A DNA stretch of 64,000 bases from the IMG/VR virus record IMGVR_UViG_2832576359_000003, positions 26,348-90,347 of that record. One strand, given 5' to 3'. The notes under the pieces were generated by a model. It was not told the origin of the DNA. It saw nothing but the letters and a program-made list of their open reading frames with translations, and ran no database searches. This DNA is from a virus. Lineage: Duplodnaviria; Heunggongvirae; Uroviricota; Caudoviricetes. A program made the translations under genes and the position numbers. How positions within the stretch are numbered: the first letter of the stretch is position 1; each line of letters opens with the position of its first letter. Shown here piece after piece: positions 27,380 to 36,154 of the stretch.

Positions 27380-27429
27380 GGTGAGGTCCGATATCGAAGG
27401 CGGCACGTCGCCGCACGTCCATCGTGTCG

Positions 27430-27765
27430 TCACGCCTCAGCCGATGAAACCGGCGCTCGGCGCGTGCGCAACCATTCCTCAGCATTGGCCGGGCTCCCGA
27501 GCAAGCCGGTCGCGCGGCGCCGCGCGTTCATGGCGCCACATTGGCGCCACGTGATCTCGACGGCACCCGCGGCGATCGCGGCCGCGCGCTTCGACAACGC
27601 GATGTCGTAGTGGCTGCCGCTGGTCTTCTCTGGCGACTGCCACCACCGGCGAGCGACGCCGATCTGCGCGGCCATCGCGTGCAGCTCGGCGTCCGTGTCG
27701 GCGATCATGTGGCACATGATCATGCGGCCGAACTTCGCGCGCATGTCGTCGACGTAGACGGTCAT
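27430..27765 (-). CDS. DUF4031-like protein
   Basis: MTVYVDDMRAKFGRMIMCHMIADTDAELHAMAAQIGV...SHYDIAL fits the DUF4031 pattern. Confidence 0.45.
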   Translation of the reverse strand: MTVYVDDMRAKFGRMIMCHMIADTDAELHAMAAQIGVARRWWQSPEKTSGSHYDIALSKRAAAIAAGAVEITWRQCGAMNARRRATGLLGSPANAEEWLRTRRAPVSSAEA

Positions 27766-28868
27766 GGCAGCACCGAGTCGACGGACAGATCGGGATGCGG
27801 AAATCCATCGTGCGTCACACCATCGAGCAAACGGCCGGCCGCGATCTTGCCGACGCGCGCGCTCATGGCGCCGTCGTCGAACGTGTGCCACGCGGGGTTT
27901 TGCGGGCCTGTGGGGGCTCCCTCGGCGAACGATAGGGTCAAGGTGTCACCGTCGCGCTCGGCGGGCATCCACTCGCCCCATTGCTTGAACAGGAACGGAA
28001 CGCCGGCCGCCGCGCATTGGTCGCGCAGCGCGCGGGCCCAATCGCGATGCATAGGCCGCGCGTGCGCGCCGCTCTCACCGCCGACGATGACCCAATCGAT
28101 CAGCTTCTTCTCGCTGTCGAAGATGTAGCCTGCGTCGCTCTCGAAGGATCGATGGCTCCCGCACTTCGGGCACGAGGGCTTTGCAGATTGATCGTCTGCA
28201 CCGCATGCGCTGCAGCGATCTGCGGCCCCGAATGGCTCGCCGCACGATCCGCATCCATCCGGGCCGGCGTCGTTATAGCTTCCGTGGAAACTGCAGTCTG
28301 CGCAGGTATACGGATCAAGCCATTTCAGAAGATCGATGGCCCCGAGCATCGGCTCGATCGAAAGGAAGCGCACGGGCGCCGGCGTCGCGATCAGCTTCGG
28401 GATGTCGCGATCGGCCTCTTCCTGATTGCATATCGTCGCGCCGAGCCAGACGTTTTCGGGCAGCCATCCCGGGATCTGCGACACCATCATCGGAACGTTG
28501 CCGATGCGCTTCGTCAGCAGCAGCCAATCGAGGTTAGGCGTGTCGCGGATGAGCACGAACAAGTCGGCGCGCCACTGCGGATCGACGGCGTTGTCAAATA
28601 CGTCGGCGAGCGAAGCACAGAAGACGCGCCGCCGGCGCCCGTGCTCGGCGAAGAACGCCTCATGCTGGCGGTTCCACTTCTCCGGTTGCTTCCATGATGC
28701 CGCCGACGTGTGGCGACGTTCAGCGCGGGCACCCCATGTGACCCCGAGCGCGCGCGCCGGCGTGCTGACTTCCGCGTAGCAGTGGTCGCACGCGGGCGAG
28801 ACCTTCGTGCATCCGATCCACGGATTGAAGGTCGCGTCAGTCCATTCGATTTTGCTGGTTTCGGCCAT
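27762..28868 (-). CDS. Phage Gp37/Gp68-family protein (DUF5131)
   Basis: N-terminal TSKIEWTDATFNPWIGCTKVSPACDHCYA signature. Several CxxC clusters in the middle. Confidence 0.55.
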   Translation of the reverse strand: MAETSKIEWTDATFNPWIGCTKVSPACDHCYAEVSTPARALGVTWGARAERRHTSAASWKQPEKWNRQHEAFFAEHGRRRRVFCASLADVFDNAVDPQWRADLFVLIRDTPNLDWLLLTKRIGNVPMMVSQIPGWLPENVWLGATICNQEEADRDIPKLIATPAPVRFLSIEPMLGAIDLLKWLDPYTCADCSFHGSYNDAGPDGCGSCGEPFGAADRCSACGADDQSAKPSCPKCGSHRSFESDAGYIFDSEKKLIDWVIVGGESGAHARPMHRDWARALRDQCAAAGVPFLFKQWGEWMPAERDGDTLTLSFAEGAPTGPQNPAWHTFDDGAMSARVGKIAAGRLLDGVTHDGFPHPDLSVDSVLP

Positions 28869-28877
28869 GCTTGTTCA

Positions 28878-29384
28878 CTAGTCCATGTGTTGGTTCGGAA
28901 AGGCCGCGCACGGGCCCTCGTGTCCACTCTTGCGCTGGCATTGCCATCCTGCTTCGGCCTTGTCGCACGAGCCGTCGTCGACCTCGATCTGCGTGTTTGT
29001 CTGTCGAGCGCGCGCGACGGCAGCAAGTTCCTCGATGACGGCCGAGGCCGCGGTGAAGTCATTCATGCGGCCAGAGTGATCGCGCGCCCATTCCGGCACG
29101 CCGTCGCGCCACTGACCGTGCGCGCGCAGATGGAGCCATTCGGCGTAGCGCGGGGTATCGCTCGCCACATCATCGGCTTCAGGGGAGGCGCGCCGGTTCC
29201 ACGCCGCGGTAAGACCGTCGAGCGTCGAATGGATCATTCCGCACTCACAGCCAGGACATGCGATCGTGAAGCTGCCTGGATGTGGCGGCAGGTCGGACCA
29301 GTGGTGCGGGTGTGGCGGATGTTCTTCGATCGTTTGCTCGGACCCGCAGAACGGGCATCGCAACAGGTTCCGTTGAGTGGTCAT
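28878..29384 (-). CDS. Zn-ribbon protein, possibly Lar-like restriction alleviation
   Basis: N-terminal LLRCPFCGSEQ and a later CPGCECG cluster. Confidence 0.3.
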   Translation of the reverse strand: MTTQRNLLRCPFCGSEQTIEEHPPHPHHWSDLPPHPGSFTIACPGCECGMIHSTLDGLTAAWNRRASPEADDVASDTPRYAEWLHLRAHGQWRDGVPEWARDHSGRMNDFTAASAVIEELAAVARARQTNTQIEVDDGSCDKAEAGWQCQRKSGHEGPCAAFPNQHMD

Positions 29385-29556
29385 GTCGGCTCCCCGGCGG
29401 CGCGGTCTGCCGCATCCTTCAGCGTGTGGTAAACCTCCTGCTTATGAAGCAAGTAGCGGGAGGCTTTCTTGAGTTCTAGCGCGGCATCTTGATATCTGCG
29501 CTCGGCCGCACGCAGATCACTCTCGGCCTCACGCAGCATGCGTTCATTGAAGTCTT

Positions 29557-31344
29557 TCACGATTCACCCCCGGCGGCGCGGTCGATGGCGAGCATACGGT
29601 CCATCTGTGCCCGGACGAGCTTCGCGGCGTCTCGATTCTTGGCCGTGATGATGATGTAGTCGCCGTCTGTCCCGACGCTTTTAACCGGCGCATCGAAGCC
29701 GCGCTTAGGCGTAACGCTCGCAGGTTGAGCGGCGAGGATGTGCGTGACTACTGCGCCGTCGTGATTCGCCGCGCACTGCAATGCGTCGGCCTCGTTGATG
29801 AATACGCGATGCCAAGTCTGTTCGGCTTCGCCGGGCCATTCGACGTACCACGCCTCTTTCTGATCGCTCGTCAGCCCCACAGCGGCAGCGGGCTCGCTCG
29901 GCGCAGCACGCAGTTCAGCCGACACGAGTGCATGAAGCACGTCCACGACATTCTCGCGGCTGGTTCGATTTTTGGCTGCGTCGCTCATGTGTTCGTAGAC
30001 GTGATCCGGTAACGGCGCGCAAGGCGTATCGGTGCCTGTTGCATTGCAGGTTGGGCAGGTGGGCGCTTCCGTAGATAGGGCGGCGCGGGCCTGCCAGCCG
30101 TCCCAATGAGAATTTGTCCCGGGCCACGCATAGCCGTCCTTTTCTCGAGTCAGGAGAAATTCCAAACCGGCGTATCGCGTAACAGCCCATGCCTCGAATG
30201 CGCCACGCTCGCATGCAGACTGATCGACCATATCGGTTTCCTCGGGCTCGCTCGGCGCAGCGGGGGCGACGGTTGAAGCGGCGACGGATTTTGCATGCTG
30301 GCGAATATGGGCGCCCGCAATAATCGACTCATACGCGTAGTCTCCCCACTGACCGGGACATCCCTTCCTGTTCAGCTTGGTGAGCACGTAGTCCGCGATG
30401 AACGTCGCGTCGGCGTCGCTGGGCGCTGCACTCGCCACTACGGGGGCGCCAGTAGCTTGTTTGCGCGAAGGCGGATAGCCGGGCTTCATGCCGCGAATGA
30501 CGCGCGCATCCTCCCGCATGCCCCAGTTCTGTTCCATCTCGACCGCAGCGGCCTCAAGCAGATTATTGAGGTCGGCCGCCTGCGCATCTTCCGCCACTAC
30601 GGGGGCGACGGGAGCGGCGTCTGTGTCAACGCTTTCGCCGAGCGCGCGGCGGATCGCGCTGAATCCTGCATCGGTTGCGGCCTCGTCATCGTCCTCGACC
30701 GCATCCATGTCGTTCAGCGTATCGCCCAGATGGTTCATCGCGGCGTAGATGGCAAGCAGGTCCGCGCGCGATACGAGCACGGCGTCGGCCGGCCCCGTTG
30801 CATCTGCCCCCCGCTCCCCCTCAACAGCGGCGCACTCGGCCGGTATATCAGGGCTTGCGTTGGTCAAACTCGAAACAAGTCGAACATCGATGTGCGAGGC
30901 GTATCTGGCATTGCACATATGCAGATGAACGGCGTGGGCGTCCCATCCAATCGGGCTCACGACCCGCTTGAACCACTTCCCGCGACCGTCATACACGTCC
31001 CACAGCAGTCCAACGCCGTCATCCCACGTCGCCAAGGGCTTTTCATCTGCCCCCTCAACAGCATCGAGCCGCTCGCCCATTTCAGATAGCAGCTGCTCGA
31101 CGTCGGGCACGTTACGCGCATAGACCTCCTGTCCGCTTCCGTCGCCTGGCACGACACGCAGCAGGATTTTTCGCACGTCGCAATCGGCCGGGATCTGGGA
31201 TTTAACAGCATGGAGCAGGTCGCTAATTACCTCGCCGGCGTTGTTCGGCGTATCACGCGAGGCGATCACTCGGCACAATTCTCCGATTGTCCGGCCGCCG
31301 TAGTAGATTTTGTCGGTCATGTCTTTATCTCGCTTGTGCCCCAT
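29557..31344 (-). CDS. Large hypothetical protein (595 aa)
   Basis: Long high-GC3 ORF. CPTCNATGTDTPC and HLHMCNARYASH motifs. No family recognised. Confidence 0.45.
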   Translation of the reverse strand: MGHKRDKDMTDKIYYGGRTIGELCRVIASRDTPNNAGEVISDLLHAVKSQIPADCDVRKILLRVVPGDGSGQEVYARNVPDVEQLLSEMGERLDAVEGADEKPLATWDDGVGLLWDVYDGRGKWFKRVVSPIGWDAHAVHLHMCNARYASHIDVRLVSSLTNASPDIPAECAAVEGERGADATGPADAVLVSRADLLAIYAAMNHLGDTLNDMDAVEDDDEAATDAGFSAIRRALGESVDTDAAPVAPVVAEDAQAADLNNLLEAAAVEMEQNWGMREDARVIRGMKPGYPPSRKQATGAPVVASAAPSDADATFIADYVLTKLNRKGCPGQWGDYAYESIIAGAHIRQHAKSVAASTVAPAAPSEPEETDMVDQSACERGAFEAWAVTRYAGLEFLLTREKDGYAWPGTNSHWDGWQARAALSTEAPTCPTCNATGTDTPCAPLPDHVYEHMSDAAKNRTSRENVVDVLHALVSAELRAAPSEPAAAVGLTSDQKEAWYVEWPGEAEQTWHRVFINEADALQCAANHDGAVVTHILAAQPASVTPKRGFDAPVKSVGTDGDYIIITAKNRDAAKLVRAQMDRMLAIDRAAGGES

Positions 31345-31528
31345 TTAACGCCGTGCACGACAAATTTGACTTCGTTGATCTTGATAAGGTGCAGGTCACG
31401 ATTCATACCGCGCAGCTTGGTTATGCCTTCGCGCACGGCTTGTTGGGCGAGGGCGTCGGTATTCCCTTTATCGCCCCACGTGTCGACGGTTAATTCAACC
31501 TCGGCAACGATTCGAACGGTAGTGCTCA
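31317..31528 (-). CDS. Small hypothetical protein (70 aa)
   Basis: Internal-Met start MSTTVRIVAEV of the longer ORF. Overlaps the upstream gene by 28 nt. Confidence 0.3.
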
Positions 31529-31531
31529 TGT

Positions 31532-32578
31532 TCAGTCCTTGGCGGGTTGAGCGGGCTGCGGTGCGGCGAGGAGTGCATCGCGCGCGTCTTTCTCGATGCA
31601 ATAGAGTTGCAACAGCTCGTCGACGACTGCGGTATCGCCGGCATACCAGCGCGATCCCAGTTCGGTCATGTGGTCTTTGAACTGGCGCAGCATCTCGGCT
31701 GTGCCGGTCTCCTGATGTCCATGCTTCAGCGCGCGCTGCGCGGCCCCGAACATGCCGGAATAGTCGACGCGCATACCCTTGTGGTCCTCGGCCAGCAGCG
31801 GGATGCGCGTCGGCGCTTCCGCTTGCTTGGGGGCGGCGCGCAAACCCATCGGCAACGCTGCGTCGGAAATCGACTTGCCAAGCGACCACAGGAACATGCA
31901 GAAATTCGCAACGTCTCGGGGATCGCCTTTTTCGACGTGCTCCCGAAGCATGATCGATAGCTCAGTCGGGTCGCATTGCTCCCATCCTTCGCGTCCTTTC
32001 GCGCGCGCCTCCGAGAGCTTGTCCTTCAATGCGCAGGCGAAACGATCCACAGCAACGTCATCGCTATGTGCCTCTTGCTTGGGGGCGGCAGCTTGGGGTG
32101 CGGCGTAGACGATGCGGGCCAAGTCGGCGCGCAGGCCCTTTGCTCGGTCATATTCCGCACGATCAACGTCCCGCCACTGATCGGCAATGAAGCCCGTTTG
32201 ATAGATCGGCTCGCTCGCCTGCTGCGCATCCCACGACAATTCGAACTGCGTCTTGATTTCGAACGTCGCGAAACCCTTGCTCGCCGCGTCTGCCTCTTCG
32301 TACTTCGGCCGGAAAATGAGGCAATCGGAGCCGTCGGGATACTTGCCCGTCAGCTTGAATCCGGACTGCTTCAGCCCGGCGCCTGTGGGGACATGTGGCG
32401 GGACAGCGTCGCGGCGCTCGCTGATCGACTCGTGCTCGCTGAGCAGCTCTTCGATGCGCTTGCACGCATCGAATGTGGCGGCATCGAATAAGGCGTTCCC
32501 TGTCTTCGCGCGGATTGATGGGAGGTGCCGGGCGATCTTTGCTGCCAGCGACCGATCGTTAGACGTCATGTCGTTCAT
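31532..32578 (-). CDS. Hypothetical protein (348 aa)
   Basis: Long ORF with coding GC3 bias, stop 4 nt from the next start. No motif recognised. Confidence 0.45.
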   Translation of the reverse strand: MNDMTSNDRSLAAKIARHLPSIRAKTGNALFDAATFDACKRIEELLSEHESISERRDAVPPHVPTGAGLKQSGFKLTGKYPDGSDCLIFRPKYEEADAASKGFATFEIKTQFELSWDAQQASEPIYQTGFIADQWRDVDRAEYDRAKGLRADLARIVYAAPQAAAPKQEAHSDDVAVDRFACALKDKLSEARAKGREGWEQCDPTELSIMLREHVEKGDPRDVANFCMFLWSLGKSISDAALPMGLRAAPKQAEAPTRIPLLAEDHKGMRVDYSGMFGAAQRALKHGHQETGTAEMLRQFKDHMTELGSRWYAGDTAVVDELLQLYCIEKDARDALLAAPQPAQPAKD

Positions 32579-33666
32579 GCGGCGTTCCGTGCTTCGTTAT
32601 TGATGGGGATCACGCGATTGGGCTTGCTGTTCCAACCCTTGCACTCATCGGCCGTGAACTTGCCGGCTTTACTGCTGTCGCGCGTGTAACCGCAGAATCC
32701 CGCGCAGTGGTACATCTCGTGCTCGTCGTGCCACACGTGAAAGAGGGGCATCTCTTTCTGGAAAAGGATGTCGCGTAGCGTGCACGCACGCTCGAAGTTC
32801 ATAGTCGAAACAGCCGTCGCGAGCTCGGCTTCGAGACGCTTTCGACGGTCGCGCCCGTTGCGCTTGACGCGCAGGTTATCTGGACACTTCGTGAACAGTT
32901 CGAAGCTTGCGATGTTTCGCAAGCCGAATTTGTCGGTGACGACCCACCACATGTTGTTGATGTTGTAGTAGGCGGTCCCTGCCTGTATACGGCCCTTGTA
33001 GTCAGCGAACCAGACTCGTTGTCCGTGCACGACGCGTGCGCGTTCCGCGGACCGGTGGTTGTATTCGACTTCGTCGCCGCGCGGGCGCCCCGTCGCTTTG
33101 TCGTAATGCCGTGAGGCCTCGTAATGGGCCTGGATCCACTCAAGCGCCGTTACGCCGTTAAATCCGCGATTGCGCTCGGGCTCCGTGAACGTGTATCCAG
33201 TGAAGACGTTGCAGAGATAATCGCGAATGCGGCGCCGCGTGCGCTCCATCTCCAAACGCAGGAGGTAGGGCATCGCCTGTTCCTTGTTGGATTCATAGCG
33301 GCCCTCGTGATCGGGGCGCGTCGGAGTGTTGACGCTCTGGAACATTTCGAACTCGATGTGCCGGCCGGTCAGCGACAAGTCGGCCTTGAGATCGCCTTTC
33401 ACGCAGAAACGTTGGCGTTGAGCTGCCCAACGCGCGACATTGCCCCCGTAACGCTTAACGTCGAGTTCGTTGATCGGCGGCATCGAGCACGTCCAGCCGA
33501 GCCGGTTTAACGTCTGAATGATTCGCGCGAACACCTCGTGTTTGAATTGCCGCTCCCAGCGCTCGGAGGCGTCATGGCCCCCGCTGCCGCCTTCTTCCCA
33601 GACGTGCAGCGCGGCGTCATGGAACACGATGCGTCCCGAGCGGTCGATTTGTGCTTTCGTGAGACT
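32575..33666 (-). CDS. Hypothetical protein (364 aa), Trp/Arg-rich
   Basis: Start at MSLTKAQIDRSG. C-terminal Cys/His cluster HVWHDEHEMYHCAGFCGY. No family recognised. Confidence 0.45.
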   Translation of the reverse strand, partial: SLTKAQIDRSGRIVFHDAALHVWEEGGSGGHDASERWERQFKHEVFARIIQTLNRLGWTCSMPPINELDVKRYGGNVARWAAQRQRFCVKGDLKADLSLTGRHIEFEMFQSVNTPTRPDHEGRYESNKEQAMPYLLRLEMERTRRRIRDYLCNVFTGYTFTEPERNRGFNGVTALEWIQAHYEASRHYDKATGRPRGDEVEYNHRSAERARVVHGQRVWFADYKGRIQAGTAYYNINNMWWVVTDKFGLRNIASFELFTKCPDNLRVKRNGRDRRKRLEAELATAVSTMNFERACTLRDILFQKEMPLFHVWHDEHEMYHCAGFCGYTRDSSKAGKFTADECKGWNSKPNRVIPINNEARNAA

Positions 33667-34166
33667 CATGCTTTCACCTGAACGGCTGTTGCTGCATGGG
33701 CGGCCTTGAACATGCCGCGCGTGAGCGTGATGTCGACCCCTTCGCGCAGCGTCGCGCGCAGGAGTGCTGTGTCGTCGGGACGATCCGACGTGAGGGATGC
33801 GCCGATGCGCGCGAATGGTTCGAGCGCGGTTCGCGCCACACGGCCGATCTGCGCGTCGCGCGCGGCGGCTCGTGCATACATGGGCAAGTCGTGCCATGAG
33901 TGATGCTGAAGGTGGCCGGCGCCTCCCTTCAACGCGTCGGCGATCTGCGAGAGGATGGAAGCGAGGCTGTCGGAAACTTGTCGCGCAAGTTCGGATTCGT
34001 CGATCTCGATCGGCTCAGCGCTGCCGTCGAGCACGCCGCGCAGGAAGTCGCGATAGACCGCGTTGAGCGCCGACCGGCGTACCTGCACGTATTCCTGCCG
34101 TTCGGTGAACGCGAGCGCCTGGCTGATGCTCACGATGTTGGCGACCTGTTCGCTGGTGAGGATCAT
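33666..34166 (-). CDS. Hypothetical protein (166 aa)
   Basis: Translationally coupled ORF in the accessory block. Confidence 0.4.
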   Translation of the reverse strand: MILTSEQVANIVSISQALAFTERQEYVQVRRSALNAVYRDFLRGVLDGSAEPIEIDESELARQVSDSLASILSQIADALKGGAGHLQHHSWHDLPMYARAAARDAQIGRVARTALEPFARIGASLTSDRPDDTALLRATLREGVDITLTRGMFKAAHAATAVQVKA

Positions 34167-34939
34167 GCTGTTGCCTCCTCGCGCGGGGTCAACATGAGGG
34201 CTTTGCTGGCCTCGAACACGGCCGCGCTGCAGTCGCTATACCCGTGACCCGCCAGGATGCCGGCGGCGGCGCTCAGGCGCGTTGTCAGCGGTGTCTCGGC
34301 GTGGCGCTCCGGCGTCGATTCGTTCGCGTGCGTCGCCTCTTCGATTGCCTGGTCGATTTCGTCGAGCATGGCGTCGGCGACGATGCCCGCCAGTTCGCGC
34401 TGCTGCATCCGATCGTCGCCGCCGGAGTCCCACCGATCCTTGATGGCGGCGACTAACGCGCGTGCTGCCTTGAGCCCGGGCACTTTCCCTTCGCCGGCGA
34501 TATACGGGGCGAGCGCTTGCTCGAGCGCGACCGCGTCCTCGTCGCCCGGCGCGAGGGTGATCCGGCCCGCGGCCATTTTGGCGGTGCCCTTAAGGCGCGC
34601 GACGGTGAAGCTCACCGCGGAGCGCAGCCGATCGCCGATCGCGGCCGTGCGTCCGTTGAGCCAGAACGGGGCGAGCCAATGGTCGAGGCTCGCCGGCGGA
34701 TTGGTGCCCAGGTAGCCAAACGAGATCGCGCTATCGATCGCGTCTTTGACTAGGTCGCGCTGCGTCTGCTTGATAGTGGTTTCGGCCGTTGACAGGCGCA
34801 GCGCGAGCTGGTTGAGCGCGTTGTGCCCCGCTTGAGTGGGATCGAAATGCAGCGTGATCGACTTGCTTTCGATGTCGTGCGGGCAGGCGATCGCGCGCAT
34901 GTAGAGCGGTCCGGATTCGGGTTTCGTCTTGTCGGTCAT
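34163..34939 (-). CDS. Hypothetical protein (258 aa)
   Basis: Translationally coupled ORF in the accessory block. Confidence 0.4.
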   Translation of the reverse strand: MTDKTKPESGPLYMRAIACPHDIESKSITLHFDPTQAGHNALNQLALRLSTAETTIKQTQRDLVKDAIDSAISFGYLGTNPPASLDHWLAPFWLNGRTAAIGDRLRSAVSFTVARLKGTAKMAAGRITLAPGDEDAVALEQALAPYIAGEGKVPGLKAARALVAAIKDRWDSGGDDRMQQRELAGIVADAMLDEIDQAIEEATHANESTPERHAETPLTTRLSAAAGILAGHGYSDCSAAVFEASKALMLTPREEATA

Positions 34940-34950
34940 GGTGGTGGGTG

Positions 34951-35187
34951 TCAGTGTTGGCGGATCCAGAGGCCTGCGACCATCTGAAGGCGCCCGGAGC
35001 GCCGCTCGCGGAAAATGAGGCGGTCGACGATGCGGTTTGCGGTGCCGTCATGGCGCGCGAATCCGTAGCGCTCCGCGCTGTCGACGATGTCGGCCATGCG
35101 GAATTGCTCGAGCGGCACGCGCTTGAGAATCGTGTCGAGCACCTCGTCCATCTGCTCGGGCTCGAGCTGCGAGTTCAGGTTCATCAT
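34951..35187 (-). CDS. Small hypothetical protein (78 aa)
   Basis: Short ORF between the SPFH gene and the 258-aa gene. Confidence 0.3.
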   Translation of the reverse strand: MMNLNSQLEPEQMDEVLDTILKRVPLEQFRMADIVDSAERYGFARHDGTANRIVDRLIFRERRSGRLQMVAGLWIRQH

Positions 35188-35233
35188 TCGGTGTTCCGTC
35201 AGGCTTCGATCGTCGGTTGTCCAGGGCTGCTGA

Positions 35234-36094
35234 CTACTTCGTAGCGCCGACCTGGATCATCGGGATCGCGTTGCCCATCATGTAGGTCGGGTAGTGGCCG
35301 TCCCACTTCTCGATCTTCATCTTCTCGATCAACGACGGGTTCGCCGCGAGCGACTGGCCGAGGATGTCGTTGGCCTTCGCGGTGTTTTGCGCGACCTGCA
35401 GCGCGGCTTCGCTCTCGACGACGCGCTTTTGCGCTTCCCACTTCGTTTGCGCGATCTCGTTCTCGACGCGAAGGGCGTTTTGCTGCGCGGTGATCTTTGC
35501 CTCGATCGCGTCGTTGAACTGCTTGCTGAATTGGAAGTCGACGATGTTCACCGCGCTGACGTTGACGCCGATGTTCTTGAAGCGATTCAGCAGGGCCTCG
35601 CGCACTTCCTGGCTGACCTGATCGCGGCGCTGAATCAGATCGGTTGCCTCGTAGCGCGCTGCGACTGCTTTGACGGTGTCGTGCACAGCGGGATCCATGA
35701 TCGTCGGCCACGGGTCGCTGCCAAGATTGGCGTAAATCGCCGCCGCGGCGGCCGGCAGAATGTTGAAGTTGACCGCGACCTTCATGTCGACCTGCTGGAG
35801 ATCCTTCGACGAGCCGGCGACATCCGATTCGGACTTGTGAACGCCGACATAGACGGTGTGCATCGTCTGCGAGATCGGCATGCGGAAATGGATGCCAGGC
35901 GCGTATGTTTTTTCAGACGGCGCGCCGAATGTGGTCATCACTCCCACGTAGCCGGCCGGAACAGTCGCGACGGGCATGAGGGCCCAAAGTGCGCCCAGGG
36001 CGACCACTGATAAAACGCAAATGATGGCGAGACGAAGCTGGCTCATGCTGCTCGTGCTGGATTCGTCGCGGTTAGGTTGGTTGGTCGATACCAT
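35234..36094 (-). CDS. SPFH / band-7 (prohibitin/HflC-like) membrane protein
   Basis: N-terminal TM then the SPFH core (GYVGVMTTFGAPSEKTYAPGIHFRMPISQTMHTV...VNFNI) and a coiled-coil tail. Confidence 0.65.
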   Translation of the reverse strand: MVSTNQPNRDESSTSSMSQLRLAIICVLSVVALGALWALMPVATVPAGYVGVMTTFGAPSEKTYAPGIHFRMPISQTMHTVYVGVHKSESDVAGSSKDLQQVDMKVAVNFNILPAAAAAIYANLGSDPWPTIMDPAVHDTVKAVAARYEATDLIQRRDQVSQEVREALLNRFKNIGVNVSAVNIVDFQFSKQFNDAIEAKITAQQNALRVENEIAQTKWEAQKRVVESEAALQVAQNTAKANDILGQSLAANPSLIEKMKIEKWDGHYPTYMMGNAIPMIQVGATK

Positions 36095-36154
36095 CGGGGT
36101 TTCTCCGGCTTTAGTTGAGTGATTGCGCCGCGACGTGCGGCGCTTGGGATTCGG